NCBI RefSeq assembly: GCF_030144855.1
Contig: NW_026781175.1
Location: forward strand, 248,001-312,000
Origin: Hypanus sabinus
Taxonomy: Eukaryota
Reading direction: 5' to 3'
Length of the DNA stretch: 64,000 bases
The position numbers were made by a program, and so were the translations under genes. Under the pieces are notes generated by a model that did not search any database, was not told the DNA's origin, and worked only from the letters and a program-made list of their open reading frames with translations. Numbering within the stretch: position 1 is the stretch's first letter; every line of letters starts with the position of its first letter. Below are positions 12,661 to 24,960 of the stretch, piece by piece.

Positions 12661-13981
12661 ATTAAGTTTTTCGTGTTTCTCCATCGATCTCAGACGTGGA
12701 ACAGTAGATGTATTTGTAAAATAAGGGCAATGCCTGCCAAATAAGCCAGCGGGATATGGTCATAATTTCATCTGATTCTACGTTGACATGGTAACGTGTT
12801 TCCAGTAAGTGAGCAATAAACTGAAGGGGAAGGGCGTTCTTATCTCGCTGTTGACTTTGACCGGTTGTTATCTCCGGGAGATGGTTATCTCGGCACCGTT
12901 GTTCCACAATCGGCCCGTTACTGTAATGGGCCAACTGCAGACAACTGTTAAAAATAGCGCTTTATAAACAGGCTGACCTTCAAGTCAGCTCCAGGCAGCC
13001 GGGACACACTTAGGGAATGCCAGAGTTCAAAAGGAAAAAAAATATAAATGACTCCAAATGCATAATGTTTTAAAAGAGTTGACAGCGCCCTTCCTTCTGC
13101 TGACTCTGTGCAATAAACCCACAACGATCTTTGCCCTGAGCTGCAGCTGAGTTTTATAAACCGACAATAAACTGGTCACAAGGAGAACAGTGAATCAAAG
13201 GGACGGCAGCAACAGAACCGAACCAGGATGCGGGCTGTGCTCCCACCCTGGAGTAGATCAAATTTTCCAGAGAAAGGTCGCGCACTGAAGTCGTACTTTT
13301 GGCTCGAACCACGTGTTAGATACGAGTTTTTGCGTTTTTCACTTCAAGCGTTGTGGAACAAGGTGTGGCGTTACTTGCTGAATAGACTGAAGCTCAGGTT
13401 TATGAGCGTATTATCAACTGAACATTGCTCAGGGTGTGTTCACTTACTGTTAGGGACATAAATCCAGATTCTCGGATTCGCTGGAAACAGACTCAGGAGT
13501 CCAGCACCGGGTAAGAACAGGGACTGTACTGGGCTGTGTTATGGTGTTTCAATAAGCCCACTTGTCACGGCAGTACTTCTAGTATTTTTACCATATCAAT
13601 GTTGTCTTTAGAATCGTGCGGTTTTACAGATCTGTGTGCTTTATTATTCTCTTAGGAAAAATGAGGTAGATCTGGCAGTGATATTTATATTAACAATATT
13701 GTAGTAATTCCCAGTGGCCGTAGATAAAAATAACAAATCCTACCCTCAGTGGGCACTTTCCTAACAACCTCCTAGACCTAATAATGTGGCCACTGCGTGC
13801 ATGCCCTGTACCTTCAGCTGCTGTTACCCATTGACCACGTTCGTTGCCTTAGTAGACTTAGCGGTAACATATTTTTATCCTCGGGTACTGGATAAATGGG
13901 TGAATTTGCCTATATTCGCTGGTAATACATAAATACAGGAGGTTGATTTGTATTCGCTGCTACTTTGATGAAGAAGAGGAG

Positions 13982-14018
<37 letters not shown>

Positions 14019-14390
14019 CCGGTCTTGAGATAAATGAATTGAGCCTTTGCTGGGGACACTGAACATCACGCGGAGTCTAGACAGAAATGTGGGGAACATG
14101 TTTGCTGCTCTTAATGAATCAGATGAAGATAAATGAGGTTATTGTTATGAGGTGGTAATAGTGTGTCTTTCGAATTCTCCTCCTCAAAGGAAAAAGGAGC
14201 AGCTTTTTTTTCCCGATGTTGTTATTTCAGCAGAACACAGACTATTGACAGGCAAGTGAGTGACGCGTTCCAGACGTTCGCAGGGACGTGCCACTGAGAT
14301 CACAGTCCCCTGTGATCATAGAGAATGGCGGGACAGGATTGAGAGGACGAATGTCCTATTATTAATTCAACATACCAACAGTACACTCTG
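12660..14390 (+). repeat. Duplicated module A, copy 3, containing (TA)n at 13985-14014
   Basis: Collinear with copy 2 throughout. Small exon ends CGG|GTAAGA at 13510. Confidence 0.9.
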
Positions 14391-14396
14391 ACAAAA

Positions 14397-14935
14397 AAGA
14401 TTGGGGGACCGCTTCGTACAGCACCTACGCTCCGTCCGCCACAACACAGGACCTCCCGGTTGCCACCCACTTCAACTCTGCCCCTCATTCCCATCTAGAT
14501 ATGTCCATACATGGCCTCCTCTACTGCCATGATGAGGCCAAACTCAGGTTGGAGGAGCAACACCTCATCTACCGTGGGGAGCCTCCAGCCTGGTGAACAT
14601 TGAATTCTCCAATTTCCGGTAATTCCCTCCCCGTCCCCCTCCCCCTATCCCAGGTCCCTCTCTGCCTCTCTCCCCTTTCAACTTTCTGCTTCTTCATCTC
14701 TACAGTTCTTTCATGCTTATCACCTCTCCCCTTTATCTCTCCTCTGATTGGTTTTCCACCTGGCGCCTCTAGACCCTACCCCCTCCCCTATATCTATTAC
14801 TGGGCTTCGGCCCTCTCTTCCCCCCCCCCATTCCTGATGAAGGTTCTTGGCCCGAAACTTTGGCTACTCTTTTCTCATGGATGCTCCCTGGCCTGCTGAG
14901 TTTTTTTTTTTTCCAGCGCTGTGTACGTCTTTCTG
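14397..14935 (+). mobile_element. Penelope-like element 3' portion (GIY-YIG tail plus pLTR with degenerate hammerhead at 14831-14865)
   Basis: LGDRFVQHLRSVRHN.QDLPVATHFNS...LRLEEQHLIYR. CTGATGA-A-GGTTCTTGGCCC-GAAAC. Confidence 0.9.
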
Positions 14936-15173
14936 ACTCATTGTCTCCTTCTGTGTTATTCAGTGGTGGAGCTTTCCTGCACCGGGACCAAAATTTAAAC
15001 AAGTCGACGTTCAACAATCATCAATCATAATCAGACTGGACACAGGTATGATTATAATTAGTCATTATTATCGTTTTAATTAAACCGATCTACATGATGT
15101 ACATTAATTGAAATGAAGGAATTTATTCAGGCGCGCAGAAATTTTTCATCAAACCTGGTCATTGATACGAGTG

Positions 15174-16408
15174 TGTCACGAGTGGACATGGAATGGACCC
15201 AAATGCAGGACGCAGGCACTGAAGTACTAGGGGTAGGACAGAATGGGGATGTCATGGCATGCAAGGGGTAATGCGGGCGGGGCTGGATCCCGGAGGTCAG
15301 GCGAGGCAGGAGAATCCCAGAGATCAGGCGAGGCAGGAGGATCCCAGAGTTCAGGCGAGGCAGGAGGATCCCAGAGTTCAGGCGAAGCAGGAGGATCCCA
15401 GAGTTCAGGCGAGGCAGGAGGATCCCAGAGTTCAGGCGAGGCAGGAGGATCCCAGAGTTCAGGCGAGGCAGGAGGATCCCAGAGTTCAGGCGAGGCAGGA
15501 GGATCCCAGAGTTTGTGGCAGGAGGATCCCAGAGTTCAGGCGAGGCAGGAGGATCCCAGAGTTCTGGCGAGGCAGGAGGATCCCAGAGTTCAGGCGAGGC
15601 AGGAGGATCCCAAAGTTTGTGGCAGGAGAGCCCCATGGGGCACACACATAACTCCTGGCCAGGGCCGCCTCAAAGGCAGGAACACGGAGGCCCGGGCAAG
15701 ACGCTGAAAACCTGGGCAGGTGCGGGCACAACCTGTAGGGGACAATGGGTGGAAAGGGTCGGAGTCCTCAGGACGGGCCGCGTCCTGGGCAGGACCTCCT
15801 CCCAGGTGGAGACACGGAGGCCTGGGCAAGGCGCGGACACCTGGGCAGGTGCGGGGCACAACTCATCTGGTGAGGGTTAGGAAGGGGACCGAGTCCCCCC
15901 GCTGGGCAATGGCAGACGGCCTGGCTCCCCCGACGGAGGAAAGGAACAGGAAGGGACAGAACCACCTGAGGGGTAACGGCGACGGCCTGGCTTACCCGAC
16001 GGAGGCAAGGAAACAGAAGGAAGCTGGGTCCAGGGTGAGCAGCAGGACAACTGGGATACACCGGTAAATAGGGAGAAGCAAGCAGACAGTACGACAGTGC
16101 GGGCAAGGCGAAACAAGCGGAACAGCGGGACCAGCGCCTACGAGAGAAGCAGAGGAAGAAGACAAACCAGACAGAACAGGTACAGAGCCGTTTGCAGAGC
16201 AGGATTCAGTGCAAATGAGCACCACAACTAGGCTCAGTCCCCTAGCTCCTTATAAACACCTGCCCCCTAATAGGGAACTGGTGTACCCCCTTAAGCCAAG
16301 ATGATCCAATGGCTCCGGGTGACAGGAGGGCTGGCTGCAAGGTCCGGAGTCCAGAGTCCGCGGACCGGAGCAAGACCCGGAAGGCGGGCTCCGGACCGGA
16401 CCCCAACA
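15174..16408 (-). mobile_element. Gypsy-like solo LTR with internal 27-bp tandem array
   Basis: TGT...ACA termini. Minus strand has TTTATAA (TATA-like) and ends TGCATTTGGGTCC...GTGACA, like the LTR end at 24687-24721. Flanks AGTG/GGTG form an imperfect 4-bp TSD. Confidence 0.72.
15292..15630. repeat. 27-bp minisatellite (GAGTTCAGGCGAGGCAGGAGGATCCCA), ~12 copies
   Basis: Directly visible, with two shorter 23-bp variant units. Confidence 0.97.
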
Positions 16409-16589
16409 GGTGTAAATACCGGCATGATATTTATTTATAGATTCAACTCCGTAAACAGATGTCTTCATCTCCTGCTTTAACATAAAATACCAGTGTATTT
16501 GGGATTACCTCCGCAGTGCACTGGTAAAAATAAATGCAGGATCGCCAATTAAGGACACACATTAGGAAAATTCAATTTAGAAGACATTA

Positions 16590-16905
16590 TCACCACATTG
16601 TACAGCTGCACCATTACCTCTCGCTCTGAAACTCAATCTCACGATTGATGAAGGCCAGTACACCGTATGCCTTCTTAACCACAGAGACAGCCTGCGTAGT
16701 TGCTTTGAGTGTCGTATGGACTCGGACCCCAAGATCCCTCTAATCCTCCAAACTGCCAAGCGTCTTACCGTTAATACCACATTCTGCTATCATATTTGAC
16801 CTACCAAAATGCATCCTATCAGTGTCCAGCTGTAAACTCTGACAACCCACCGCACTATCCACAAAACCCAGAACCTTTGTGTCATCAGCAAATTTACGAA
16901 CCGGA
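16590..16905 (-). mobile_element. CR1 RT fragment
   Basis: RKFADDTKVLGFVDSAVGCQSLQLD on the minus strand. Confidence 0.85.
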
Positions 16906-17454
16906 TCCGAACACAGTGGCAAAACAGACTGGAGTTATAGATCAATCCAGCAGTTCCAGGGCATGGGCCTGACACCGGGACTGGTCGAATCGCTGTGCTC
17001 ACCATGCAAAGCTTCACCTGAGTGAAAGGAACAGGTTCTCCTTAATCAGGTGGTAGTGAGAGACAGGAATGTGACAGCCATCTTGTGAGTGATGTGACAG
17101 TCCAGGGAATAGTCAGGGTCTGTTTCACCACCATACAGACCCTGATGTAGAAGATGCTTCCAACTTATCATATGAAATCTGGCACCAGATGATTGGAGCA
17201 AGAGTTGCAGGATTGAGCGATTATGAATACAGTTCCACTTTTGGAAGGGTAATTGCCCGCAAAGTTTTGGGGCTGTTGCGCAGTGGAGATATGGGAAGCT
17301 TCCTATAGTCTATTTTCTATGGCCAAGTTAGAGAATACTTCCAACGGTTGGAGTGGTTCATTTTCGATACATAAGTCATAGTTACAGATTTAAGCTTTGC
17401 TATAACGTTTTAATGCACTGATGACCACGAAGTTCTGCGGATGCGGGAAACCCA

Positions 17455-17590
17455 GAGAACCACAAACACAAAAATGATGGAGGAACTCAGTTGGTCAGGC
17501 AGCATCCATGGAAGTGAATAAACAGTCTACGTTTTGGGTAGATACCCTTCATCAGAACTGGTTGATGAAGGTCAGTTCATCGACCACTTT
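17455..17590 (-). mobile_element. PLE pLTR fragment with degenerate hammerhead core
   Basis: Minus strand reads CTGATGA-A-GGGTATCTACCC-AAAACGTAGAC (GAAA core altered). Confidence 0.7.
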
Positions 17591-17699
17591 GTAAGGTCCA
17601 TTCACACGGCCGTACATTTACTCCCAGCAGACAGGCAGAGAAAAAAGAGCACAGCGCCAGCGGTAAGGACCAAGAAGGCATGGTCAAGGGAGTCGGAGG

Positions 17700-18500
17700 T
17701 TCACTTTCAGGACTGACGAGTTGCACTGTAACCAATCACGGGAGGGCAGCATAAATAGGAGCAGTTTTTCAGTCAGGCCCGGAATCAAGATTTTAAAAAA
17801 CAGAGCTTTGTTGCTGTTTTTCGGAGCTGGGTTGTGAGCAATCATCGAGAGGGGTACATTAGAAAGGGCAAATAAAATCGCACAGGCGCAGTGGCCGTTC
17901 TTTATAAAGCGCGAGTGGTTTTGGCTCATCAGGCTTAGGCAAGATCAGACTTGGGCGAGGTAAAGTACCTATTAAGTTCCACTCTTTTTGTTCCTACTTG
18001 TTCATTCCTCGCCTATTAGTGTTCGGTGGTGTAGCCCGTATGGCTCCGGGGCAGTATGTGTGCAGTATGTGGGACACTGGAATTCTGGGAGAACTCCAGG
18101 TTCCCAGATAAATAAATCTGCACTAGCAGCAGCTCCTGTTTGAACGTATTAAGGACAATGACCTTCGACCCATACAGGATAACGAGGACGTGACAGGGGC
18201 TGTGGCGAGGTAGTCACGCCTAGGTTGCAGGAGGCAGGTACTTTGCAGCACTCGGTGGAGTTGTGGAAGTTAGTAATGTTTGTCAAATGATGCAGTACAG
18301 TATTGACCGGTTATAGCAGAGAAACGGCAGGTGGACTTTAATGTGGCAAAGTGCGAGGAGTTGCACATTGAGAAGCCAAATATAAGAGGAAGGTTCAAGA
18401 CCGTAAGGCACAAGACCCTGAGGAGAATTGATATTGAGGGATTTAGGGTACAAGGGCATATTTCCGTGAAAGAAGCAACACATGTAGATGGATCGTAAAA
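17700..18500 (+). mobile_element. CR1 5' UTR/ORF1 start (CCAAT and TATA-like boxes) joined to a short RT fragment
   Basis: AACCAATCA at ~17729 and CATAAATAG at ~17750. A degenerate Cys-rich ORF1 start at ~18040, then AEKRQVDFNVAKCEELH. Confidence 0.6.
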
Positions 18501-18879
18501 GCTTTGCTCCAGAATTTCCACACAATTAAAAGAGTTTATTACAGTTTTTATTTTTATTTTTGCACTACCTATATAATTTAACGATTTAATGTGTATATTT
18601 TTGTAATTCATAATTGTTAAAATCTACTGTTATGAATTAGGTTCTACTGCTACCGCAAAGGCAAGGAATTTCATGATATATGCCGGTGCTATTAAACCTG
18701 ATTCAGATATTGATATGGGAGACCCAGTTACCTGTTCACAGTTACCGTGGATCGTAATGCGAGATTGAAACCTTTTCTATTTATTTGCATTCCTCAGAAA
18801 TGACAACAGTTCAGTTAAGTTTCCTTTTGATGTTCCAAAGCAGAAGCCCAGTCTGCCTAATATTTCCACACAATTAGAA

Positions 18880-19380
18880 TGGGCAATTTGTTTATTCTCA
18901 TCATGTACTGAGATACAGTGAAAATCTTGCCTGACATACCATCCACACAGAACAATACGTTGCACCAGTACATTGAGCTGATATACGACAAAATAATAAC
19001 TGTAACAAAGCATTATGACTGCTGAGAAAGTGCAGTGCAGATGGACATATGGTGCAGGGTCACGTCGAGTTACATTGTGAGGCCAATTCCATTTTATCAT
19101 TCATTTGGCTTATAACCACAGACAGGAAGCCGTCCTTGAGCTGGGTATTACGCGCTTTAAGGCTTTTTTATCTCTCTCCGATGGGGGACCGGGTTTTGCA
19201 GCAAGAATGCCCAGGTTGTGAGGATCTTTGAGTACATGACATGCTTTTCAGAGGGAGGGGAAGTGTAGGAAGAGTCCATGGAGTGGAGGCTTGTTTCTCT
19301 GATGTTCTCTGCAGTTCCTTGCAGTCATGGGCAGAGGAGTAGACATACGAAGGCGTGCAGTATCGACAAGGATAAGTTCC
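18880..19380 (-). mobile_element. Rex1/Babar-type LINE 3' end (duplicated at ~35880-36400)
   Basis: Minus-strand P.HPGHS....SPIG and LKDSF motifs in both copies. Confidence 0.6.
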
Positions 19381-19444
19381 ATGGCCTTCACCCTGCCCTG
19401 TGTAGCTGGAATCTGGACTTACTGTGAGATCGCCGGCAGGTTTT

Positions 19445-20105
19445 AAGTGTGGGCTCTCTCTCTGACCCTCAGCACACATACCCTCCAGGGTCTTCTCCTT
19501 AGACCCCTCCTTTACTCTCTGTGCACCCATGACTGTGTTTCCACCCACAGCTCCAAACAGCTAATCAGATTTACTGACGATAGTACACTGATTGGCCTAA
19601 TCTCAGATAACAATAAGACAACCTACAGGGAAGAAGTCATTCACCCTGACACACTGGTGTCAATAAAACAAACTCTCCCTTAATGTAGCAAAAGCAAAGG
19701 CGCTGGTTGTGGACTGAAGGAGGAACGGACAGAGGGAAGCCCAGTTGATATCAATGGATCTGGAGTTGAGAGGGTGTACAGATTTAAGTTCCTTCATACA
19801 TCACCGAGGATCTCACGTCGCCTGTACATACCGGCTGCGTGGAGAAAAAGGCACAGCAGAGCCCATTTCACCTCAAGCCACTGGAGACCAGAGTCACCCC
19901 AACCAGAAACTATCCCAGCTACTACCATCCGGGAAATGGTACCGCTGCAAAAAAGCCAGGACCAACAGCTTCTTCCACCAGGCCATCGGACTGATTAATT
20001 CATGCTGGCAAAATAGTATTATGATATTGCACATTGCATATTCAGACGGAAAAGTAAATATTTTTACTCAGGTATATAAAGGATGTAAGTAATAAAGTCA
20101 AGTCA
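19445..20105 (+). mobile_element. Rex1/Babar LINE RT and 3' fragment
   Basis: PLLYSLCTHDCVSTHSSKQLIRFTDDSTLIGLISDN..TYREEV and HPNQKLSQLLPSGKWYR. Confidence 0.88.
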
Positions 20106-20127
20106 ATTCCCTGCCTATCTAGGATAA

Positions 20128-20500
20128 TCTGTATCCCACCAGCTGAATGATATATATCAACTATCTTATTCTATCTCTGTCCAGCCTGTATCCCACCACC
20201 TCAATGATATATATCAACCATCTTGTTCAAACTCTGTCCAGCCTGTACCTCACCACTTCAATGGTATGTATCAACCATCTTGTTCAATCTCTGTCCTGTC
20301 TGTATCCCATCACCTCAATGATATTTATCAACCATCTTGTTCAGTCTCTGTCCAGCCTGCATCCCACCATCTCAATGATATATATCAAATATCTTGATCA
20401 TCCACTGTCCAGCCTGGTTCCCAACTCCTCAATGATATATATCAACCACCTTGTAGATACTCTGTCCACTTGTATCCCACCAATTTATACATCAACAATT
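20128..20500. repeat. 57-bp minisatellite, ~6.5 copies
   Basis: Unit CTGTATCCCACCACCTCAATGATATATATCAACCATCTTGTTCAATCTCTGTCCAGC. Confidence 0.95.
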
Positions 20501-21609
20501 TATCTTCTACCGTTGTCTTCATTGTGATGTATTTTGCCTTACTGAGTTATTTCTGAAATCAGTGTTTGTTACCTGGGTCTACCAGAGGATTTATTAAATG
20601 AGGCACATGGTAGTGTAAAGACAGCCATTACGATTTTAGCTTCGAATTTACCAAGTGTCCGCCGTGATAATCTTTATCGGAAGGGGGCTTGGAAGCAGAA
20701 ATAATGGATTGATAGTGGGATGGGGAGGATGTTATGTGTATTAACTGCTCATCCCTGTACTGGATTGAAGAGAAAACTAATGAATATTGACATTATATTT
20801 GTGCAACTTTGTTCAGGCCATCACAAGTATCTTGTAATCAGTTAATAGTTGTGCATCGTATAAAGTGAAAAGTGAAAATGCTATATCCGTTCAGCAGATC
20901 GGGCAGCATCTTGGACAGTCCCAGTTCCGACACTGGATCTTCTACAGTTTCTTCTTTCCACAGATCCAATCTGATGTACCGAGTTTCCGGCACTTTAATT
21001 TCAATTTGATATTAAACTTGTTTTATTCCTGTTAGCCTACAGGAAATGCGATGGTCAATAGTGCTGTGCATGATCTCAGTTAACAATAGGATAATGATAA
21101 ATTGTGTTCAGTTTAGCTGGTGGAGACAATGTGAAATGTGAAACATGCCTGCATTTGCCCCGCCCCAGGTTTTCCAGCCCAACATCTGACTCAGTCAGAA
21201 GATCATCAGGTTCCCGTTCTGCCACAGGTTGATGTCGGAGTGTTGGTGTCTGAACTCTGAATGGCCGAGACACCTCAGCATATTACTGGCAACAAGGAGT
21301 CCTGGGCGAGTTGCTGTTTGAGTTGTAATCCTGGGCAACACTGGGCATATAGACCTGTCAGTATTTGGGATTTGACCCAGGACAGTACTTCCACAGATGG
21401 AAGATGAATGTTCCTCTTTTCACAATGAATCAAAATTTTTGGGGTGCTGGGCTTTGGTTTTGGGGAAGTCCCTGATTAAACCACGCACAGTGAGATGTAG
21501 GGATTGCGTACGAGGATTCCAGGTTCAGAGAGTGACAGATTCAGCTGTGTGACTCTGTGTGGTTGGATCCTGGGATATCGCAGTGTTAGATCCAAGTTCA
21601 ATAGACTCG

Positions 21610-24250
21610 GGGATAAACTGCCTGTGGTTATGATGTGTGAGTGAGTATTTCTGTTCTGGATTCAGATGTTTGTTTCTGGAGTCCCTTTGGAAGCAATAAC
21701 TGCTATACTGAGGAGTGGATGAGTTACCATCCCATCCCTCACAGAGAGAGGCTGTGAGTAAACGGGCTGTTCCGTGTTTGCAACAGAAATAGACCCGTGA
21801 GTTTGGTGTTCAAACTGTGGTTGGAAATCCCCCCTTACTGCCACCTGCCTGTCACTCGGTGGAAAGCAGGCAGAAGCTCAAGATGCTCAAAATCTTCACA
21901 AAAACTGAAAATAGTTGACACCACTCTGAGGAACGGCTTTGAATCCAAATCGCGAACTTCGTCCTCTTGAAATGAACCTGTGCACAGGCGCTTGTTTAGT
22001 GATACTTAGCGGAACAGTGAAGGAACCACAGTTTCCCCCTGTGAATTATCCTGGTACCACTTTGCCTGTTGTTCCGGGAAATGTGTTCAGTGCAACTGCT
22101 GCTCACATGGTTTACAAAAGTAATCTCAGGAGTGAGAGGGGTTATATCGGACAAGCATTTGATGACTGGGCCTGTACTCTATGGATTTCAGAAGTATAGA
22201 GGTGGACGGGATCTTAATTAAACCCACAGAATGCTGATCAGCATGGTGACAGTGGACATGGAGAGGATGTTTGCATCAGAAGGAGAGCCTGTTATCTGAG
22301 AGGACAGCCGCAAAATAAAGAAGTTTCCCTTTAAATCTGAGATAAGAGAAACTTCTTCAGCCAAAGAGTGTTCGACATGTGGAGTTTGTTGCAACAGATG
22401 GTGATTGAGGCTGTCATTTGGTATGTTTATAGCAATATATTATTATTCACTAGAGTAGAAATCATGTTTTATTAGCCAGAACTACTATACGATTAAATTA
22501 AATACAACACGAGGCATGGTTAAAAGAGCCATTACAATTTTAGATTAATTATTTCGAAATGGCTGCCGTGTTACCCTTTGTCCAAATGTAATTCATAGCG
22601 CGTGATGTTGAGTTTGTTATTTCCTTTTTCAGTTACTTTTGTTGAGCCACTTCCTCCTTTTCCATGGTAACAAACCACTAGCAGTGCAAGAAATGTTACA
22701 TAATTTCCTCGCTCTGTGTTCACTTCCACGCAGCGTAGAGACAGTAACCTCGGGAGCAAATGCAACAGAATGATAGTGGGATTAAACGGTGCTGTCAGCA
22801 TAGGCTGTATGGAATGAACTGAGAATATAGAAATATAGAAAATCTGCAGCATAATACATAGGCCCTTCGGTCAACTGTGCTGTGCGAAACGTGTACTTAC
22901 TTCAGAAATTTCCTGGGGATACTCATAGCTCCCTACTTTTCTAAGAACCATGTACATATCCAAGATGCTCTTAAAAGGCCCTACTCTATCCACCTCCATC
23001 ACTGCCGGCGGCAGTCCCGTCCACATACTCACCACTGTCTGGGTAAAAGAGAAGACATACCCCTGACATCACCTGGGTACCTAATTCCAAGCACCTTAAA
23101 ACTGTGCCCTCTCGTGTTAGCCATTTCAGCCCCGGGAAAAAGCGTCTGACTATCCACACGATCAATGTTCATATCATCTTATACACGTCTATGAGATCAC
23201 CTCTCATCCTCCGTCGCTCCAAGGGGAAAAGGCAAAGTTATCTCAACTTTTCTCAGAAGGCATGCTCCCAAATCCGGGAAACATCCTTGTAAATCTCTTC
23301 TGCTCACTTTCTATAGTTCCTACTTCCGTCGGGTAGTGAGGTAACCAGAACCGAGCACAATACTCCAAGTTGTGTCTGACCAGGGTCGTATATAGCTGCA
23401 ACATTAGCACTCAGCTCCTGAACTCAGTCCCTCTGTTGATGAAGGCCAATGCACCGTATGCTTTCTGAATCACGTAGTCAACCTACGCAGTAGTTTTGTG
23501 TGTCCTATGTACTCGGACCCCAAGATCACTTAGATCCTCCACACTGCCAAGAGTCTGACAATTAATACTATATGCCACCATCATTGATGAACTAGCAAAA
23601 TGAACCACCTCACACTTTTCTGGATTGAACTCCATCTGCCACTTCTCAGCCCAGTTTTACACCTGATCGATGTCCCGCTGTAACCTCGATAGCCCTCCAC
23701 ACTATCCACAATACCCCCAACCTAAGTGTCATCAGCAAATTAACTAACCCATCCCTCCACTTACTCATCCAGGTCATCTCTAAAAATTGCTAAGGAAAGG
23801 GTGCCAGATCCCTGAGGCACAGTACTGGTCAGCGACCTCAATGCCGACTACAACAACAACTCTTTGCCTTCTGTGGACAAGCTAGTTCTGGATCCACAAA
23901 GCAAGATCTCCTTGGACGGCTGCGTCTTTACATTCTCAATAAGCCTTGCATGGGGTACCTTATCAAACGCCTTGCTGAAATCCATATACAATCCATGTAC
24001 TGCTCTAGCTTCATCAATGTATTCAGTCACATCATTAAAAATCAATGAGGCTCGTAAGGCACGACCCGACTTTGACAAACCCATGTCGATTATATCTAAT
24101 CATATTATTCATCTCCAAATGTTCAGAAATCCTGCCTCTCAGGATCTTCTCCACAAATTTACCAACACTGATGTAAATTTCATTGGTGTATAATTTCCTG
24201 GGTTATCTCTACTCCCTTTCTTGAATAAGGGAACAACATCTGCAACCTTC
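21610..24250 (+). repeat. Local segmental duplication (module B), copy 1, including a minus-strand CR1 at ~22830-24250
   Basis: Collinear with 28010-30640. Confidence 0.92.
22830..24250 (-). mobile_element. CR1 LINE RT plus 3' end
   Basis: YMDFSKAFDKVPHARLIE on the minus strand, with CR1 3' UTR at the low-coordinate end. Confidence 0.92.
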
Positions 24251-24329
24251 CGTTCAGTTAAAATGGTTCAGCACAGCCAAGTAGGGCCAAAAGGCCTGTT
24301 TCGGTGCTGTATAGTTCTATGCTTCTATG

Positions 24330-24721
24330 GCAGTCAATTTAGAGTCTAGTCCGAGTTAAGTCCGAGTCAAATCCAAGCCAAGTCCGAGTCAAGTCCAAGC
24401 CAAGTCCGAGCCCAAGTCGAGAGCTCAGTTTCAGGTCAATTCAACAGCCAAGTCCAATTCTAGTCCGAGTCAAGACCAAGACAGGTCCGAGCCAAGACCC
24501 TGCCAAGACATGAGTCCCGAGTGATGACTTGAGTTCCCTGTCAAATTCTAGTCCGAAGTCCAAGTTCAGGTTTCCGGTTTGTCACTCTTCGTCTAACTTC
24601 GTGCTATCACTTTGTCCTCTCTCCTCGGCTTCCCTAGAACTCTTAATAAACATAATGAAGTTCCTAGTATTTCAGTATCTGTGTCTTGCATTTGGGTCCG
24701 CTTCCATCGCCTCCGTATGAC
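24330..24721 (+). mobile_element. Gypsy-like LTR 3' part with degenerate 11-bp (AAGTCCGAGTC) repeats
   Basis: AATAAA at ~24645 and terminal TGCATTTGGGTCC...ATGACA. Confidence 0.62.
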
Positions 24722-24960
24722 ACTAACATGAGAGGACACAGCTTTACGGTGCTGGGAAGTAAGTACGGAGGAGATATCAGGAGTAATATTTTTACGCAGA
24801 GAGTGGTGAGTGCATGGAATGGGCTGCGGCGACAGTGGTGTAGGCAGATAATATAGGGCCTTTGAAGAGACACTAGAATAGGGAAATGGGGCTTAGAAAA
24901 TGGAGGGCTATGGGTAACCCCAGGTAATTTCCAAAGGAAGAAGAGGATCGGCACAGAATT
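24722..24960 (+). mobile_element. CR1 3' fragment
   Basis: FFTQRVVSAWNGL motif and 3' UTR. Confidence 0.8.

Noticed and set aside
11497-13461. Conserved micropeptide ALWNRVWRY...EHCSGCVH in three module A copies
   Set aside because: Differences between copies 2 and 3 are mostly non-synonymous, there is no shared start, and the segment sits in what looks like an intron.
15127-16225. Many overlapping ORFs (QARQEDPRV, SSGEAGGSQ, LNSGILLPR repeats)
   Set aside because: Artefacts of a stop-free 27-bp GC-rich array inside an LTR.
17113-17145. 11-bp stem-loop TCAGGGTCTGT/ACAGACCCTGA
   Set aside because: Isolated, with no U-tract or family context, and plausible by chance in 64 kb.
20147-20527. 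126-aa ORF with 19-aa repeats resembling an LRR
   Set aside because: It is the translation of the 57-bp minisatellite and lacks an LxxLxLxxN consensus and splice signals.
21200-21300. Ig V-like reading SGSRSATG...DTSAYYWQQG
   Set aside because: Two stops, no conserved Cys, no RSS, and the paralog at ~37700 does not keep the motif in that frame.
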